This document shows positions 60,551 through 64,000 of a stretch of 64,000 bases of DNA, in pieces. The notes beneath the pieces were generated by a model. It was not told the origin of the DNA. It ran no database searches and saw nothing but the letters and a program-made list of their open reading frames with translations. Position 1 is the first letter of the stretch, and every line of letters begins with the position of its first letter. Position numbers and translations under genes: made by a program. This DNA comes from Blepharisma stoltei ATCC 30299 (lineage: Eukaryota; Protista; Ciliophora). The stretch covers positions 1,240,001 through 1,304,000 of the forward strand of contig CBFDEM010000053.1 in the NCBI GenBank assembly GCA_965603825.1, in the 5' to 3' direction.

Positions 60551-61789
60551 CTAAAGCTTAGGATTCAATAATTTTACTGTATGCTTGCAAATCGCTATTA
60601 TGTCTTTTTTGGGCACATCTTTATGGATTGGAAGATATAAAAGGTTTTTAAACATTTCATAAGATTTTTCTGGTTTAGGAATATTTGACCCTTCAGGAAC
60701 AGGGACTGCATATAGCTGAGAAATACCTGAATAAGTATCAATTCCAGCATTATTCAGGACATCATATGCTTTTTTTGAGTCTTGAGCTACTATTGGATAG
60801 AGCCAAAAAGTACGATCTTTAGGGTTTAATCCAGGAACTGTGACCCCACCTTTTATCAAAATATCTGTACCTTCCTGCATGTTTTTCATACCTTCCATGA
60901 ACTTTTTCTCATCAAAGTGACTGATTCTTCTTCACAGAAACGAAAGCATGGCTGTGCATGGCCTGAATCTGTAGACTTCTAAGCCTTGCCCAGGTGCAAA
61001 CCCTCTGAGAAGTGACACGACCCTTTTTTTATAATCGAATTTCGCTTTTAATAAAAAGGGCCTGAGTATGTAATTAAGCCATCTTATATTTAGTAAGACT
61101 ATTCCGCCTGAATATTTAATGATCTTTTTGAGATAGATCTTTCCTGATTGAATTGGATAAGTATCGTGGATTAATTTTGCCTGCTGCAGTATAAAAGGAT
61201 TTTTTCGAATAATCATCACGGCACCTTGGAACGTAGTCGCATGCTTAATCGGCCCAAAGCTAAAAACAGTGACATCTGCGTTTGGGTCTCCTTTGTAGCT
61301 TTGCCCAATATATCCTTGAGCACAGTCTTCTAAAATTGGCAAGTTGTGCTTTTTCGCGACTTTAGCAATTTCAGTTAAATCATATCTGACTCCATAGGTA
61401 AATGTGGCAATTATCAGTTTGGTCTTATCTGTGATCGCTGCTTCCAGCTTGTCTGGGGTTACAGCTAAAGTGTCAACTTCTACGTCTACAGGAACTGGGA
61501 CAAATCCATGAAGTTTTATTATTCTAACCATCTCTGGGATGTTAATGGCAGTCATTAATATTTCAGAACCTTTCGGCATGTTTAATGCTCTTAAATAAAC
61601 ATCAAAGGCAGTGCGTACACTGATTGAGACTATGACATTATCCTCATCTGAAAAAGCTTTAGTGAGATTTTTTAATAATACTGAGCGCTTTTCTCCTGTA
61701 TAAATAGCTCTTCTTAAAGCTCGAAACCAATCAAACCATGAACAATCAATACTCAAGCATGCATAAGGATAAACCGGGAATCAAAACAT
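60551..61789 (-). CDS. DegT/DnrJ/EryC1/StrS-family PLP-dependent aminotransferase-like protein (412 aa)
   Basis: GFVPVPVDV, AAITDKTK, ILEDCAQ, FSFGPIKHATT (PLP Lys), LLYLPIH. TGA at codon 3 and at 60932; ends TAG. Confidence 0.85.
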
Positions 61790-62400
61790 ATTTATTTATT
61801 CAACTGTTGCTAATATAGAGAAATGTTCACAGATTTTATTAATAAAATATTCTTCAATCTATTTGATATTCAATTTACTGAGGTGATTTTAAAGTCTGCA
61901 TCTTCATTTCTCACTTTGTAATAGCAAAATTTCATTGTGTTAAAATAAAAATTTGTCAAATTATTCCTTAGGCTTTTTATGCTAATAGAGTAATTTAGCC
62001 AAATTAGGATTTTGAATTATTTAAAGCTTGTGCTAGTTTATATCTCCAAAAAATAATTAATTACTATACCGATTTCTTCTGGCCATTTTAATAGGCTTTA
62101 GAATTGATTTATGTTATAGTATAGCATTAATGGCATTAATTCTAGGATACACCAATTTATTTTATTCAAAATTTGGCAATAGCTTAATATCAAAACATTT
62201 TTATTATCTAAAAATACGGTAATGAGAATGAAAGACCAATGCTGTTGATTTCTAACTAATTAATAATTAACTTTAATTTTCTTTAAGTCTAAGCATATAA
62301 GCAATCATAAATTGCAATTTTTGCAATCTTCTTTGTAATTGATGCTAATATTATCATCAAGTACTTATGCAGTTTATTTTCAGTCAGTAATTAAATCTTA

Positions 62401-63780
62401 TTATAAATCAAAATTATAAACTCTAAGCATATTTCCAAAAACTCCTACAATTTTGACTTCATCAATAAAGGCTTGCACACATCCAGTCTTGCTAGTATTC
62501 GCTACAAATGATTTTGGCACCAATCTTGGATTAGCACTTCCGCCCAATAGCACATATCTTTTTTTCCCTGTGGTGGAGTCATAAACATAAATAGAGTTTT
62601 CATTCGATGCGGCTATAAAATTGAAGTTATTGCAGGAAACTGAGTTGAAATGCTTGCCCTTCTCTTCGACCTTCGATACTAAGACAATTTGATTATTTTT
62701 GTCAATCTTTAATAATGAAACCGTGCTGTTATTACCAACTGATATATATGTAGTTCCATTAATGTTTGCAACTGTGGATAAGTAATTATCTCCAAAATTT
62801 TGCGGGTAAAAAATATATCGGTTTTGAGCCGGCTGGTTTATAGGGTAATAGTTGATGATCATTAAGGTCAATGTCATCAGATATACCCCTTCATTGGTAT
62901 TTACTATGATTTTATTATTTTCTAATGATAATTTTAGCACGCTTTGTTGGCCAAGATGAGTTTCTATCTATATTTTACCTCTTCTAATATTTGTTTTTAG
63001 ATCCAGCTGATAAACAGTATTTCTTATCCCAAAATATATAAAATTGCCTGATTTTACTATGTTTGCAGTCAATGGAGCACCTGGGAGGAATAATTCAAAC
63101 CCAATTTCTGCTAAAGTTACTTGATTAAAAGCGTCAATTCCAATGATTTTCCCATTTCCATAGCGATTTCCACCAGCAAAGATTCTATATTAAAAATACT
63201 GATTGTTATCAAATAAGCCTATAGAAGTCATTTGTTCAAGCTTCAGTCTCCCTCTTGTTATTTCTCTAGGCAACTCTGATCCCAAGCTCCAAACACTAAA
63301 CTCCCCTGTGTTGGTACCAGCAAGCAACAGCTGATCATTATGCGTCAAAAATGTTATTGAAGCCTCCAATCGACCAATATTATTCAGTTTATAAGTCTGT
63401 GGGTTTTCAGGTGACCATAAGATAATTTCCCCATCTACGGATCTACATTAAAAATACCCAGATACAATAAAATCACCTAGAATTATAGTTGACGTTATAT
63501 ACCCAATATGGCCCCTGCATGGAGCCATTGCATAGTCCTGAGGAGTCCCTCTTAGCATGCCTTCATCAGTTGTTATCCGGCGGATAAAAAGAGCTCGCCA
63601 TGAGTTAAGTGATTTAGAGATTCGGCAAAATGACCATTTTCTTAGACAGAGTTCTCTTCAGATCAGTTCCATCATTGAGCCTCTGTAAGCATTTTTGCAG
63701 GATAAGCTAGCTCTAGCGATGTCTTTATGATCAAGAAAACTAAAGATCACAGAATAAACATTAGGAGATAGGTTATTCAT
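62401..63780 (-). CDS. F-box / WD40-repeat protein (444 aa, three introns)
   Basis: LSPNVYSVIFSFLD..ASLSCK..I(W)RELC F-box; GHIGYIT..IVSGSVDGEIILW after splicing. Confidence 0.85.
62964..62978 (-). other. 15-nt spliceosomal intron
   Basis: GTAAAATATAGATAG; contains an in-frame TAG. Confidence 0.82.
63185..63199 (-). other. 15-nt spliceosomal intron
   Basis: GTATTTTTAATATAG; contains an in-frame TAA. Confidence 0.85.
63443..63457 (-). other. 15-nt spliceosomal intron
   Basis: GTATTTTTAATGTAG; splicing restores the WD40 SGSVDG motif. Confidence 0.9.
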
Positions 63781-63870
63781 TTTTATAAGAAAGCCATAGT
63801 TGCCTATAAACTTTATATATTTATTATCAACATAAATTTTCATGGAAAATCTTGGCTTGATAATACAAGG

Positions 63871-64000
63871 TTAATGTATGTCTGTTATTCTTCTTATGCG
63901 GTCTTTCAGGTTTCTAGGAGAAATTGGAGAAACATCATCAAAGGCGGTTCTTCTTCTATTGGTAAGTCTCCTTTGGGATAGTCTTTTTGTGCCTTTTCTT
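63871..64000 (-). CDS. 3' end of an unknown gene entering from the right edge
   Basis: Open frame EKGTKRLSQRRLTNRRRTAFDDVSPISPRNLKDRIRRITDIH ending TAA at 63871-63873. Confidence 0.5.
   Translation of the reverse strand, partial: RKGTKRLSQRRLTNRRRTAFDDVSPISPRNLKDRIRRITDIH

Noticed and set aside
1-64000. Fragmented ORFs read as pseudogenes or a prokaryotic operon-like region
   Set aside because: Breaks are fully explained by TGA = Trp and 15-16 nt introns, and the gene content (SNARE, bromodomain, F-box, RING) is eukaryotic.
1-64000. TGA as selenocysteine or cysteine, or a fully ambiguous stop code
   Set aside because: TGAs align to conserved Trp rather than Cys. No in-frame TAA/TAG remains after splicing, and no gene needs TGA as its stop.
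1-64000. CRISPR arrays, transposases, telomeric repeats, rRNA
   Set aside because: None recognised by eye on either strand.

Overview
This is AT-rich, gene-dense eukaryotic DNA, not a prokaryotic window. It looks like a ciliate macronuclear chromosome, most likely a heterotrich such as Blepharisma (inference). The supplied ORF track is fragmented for two reasons visible in the sequence. (1) In-frame TGA codons sit at conserved Trp positions, so TGA = Trp and only TAA/TAG end genes. (2) Genes are interrupted by 15-16 nt GT-AG introns with an invariant A six nt from the 3' end (16 found). Re-reading by hand gives about 36 protein genes and one tRNA-Thr(AGT). Highlights: a 2106-aa P4-ATPase/guanylyl cyclase fusion; a WD40-repeat/TRP-like channel fusion; a WGR-WGR-SAM protein fused to a minimal bacterial/viral-type ATP-dependent DNA ligase, next to an ASCC1-like KH/2H protein; a RING/B-box/coiled-coil/RanBP2-finger/DUSP protein; and a 1716-aa coiled-coil protein with an array of LC8-type TQT motifs plus a Sec16-like motif. 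No CRISPR arrays, transposases, rRNA or telomeric repeats were seen. All family calls come from motif recognition by eye; no searches were run.
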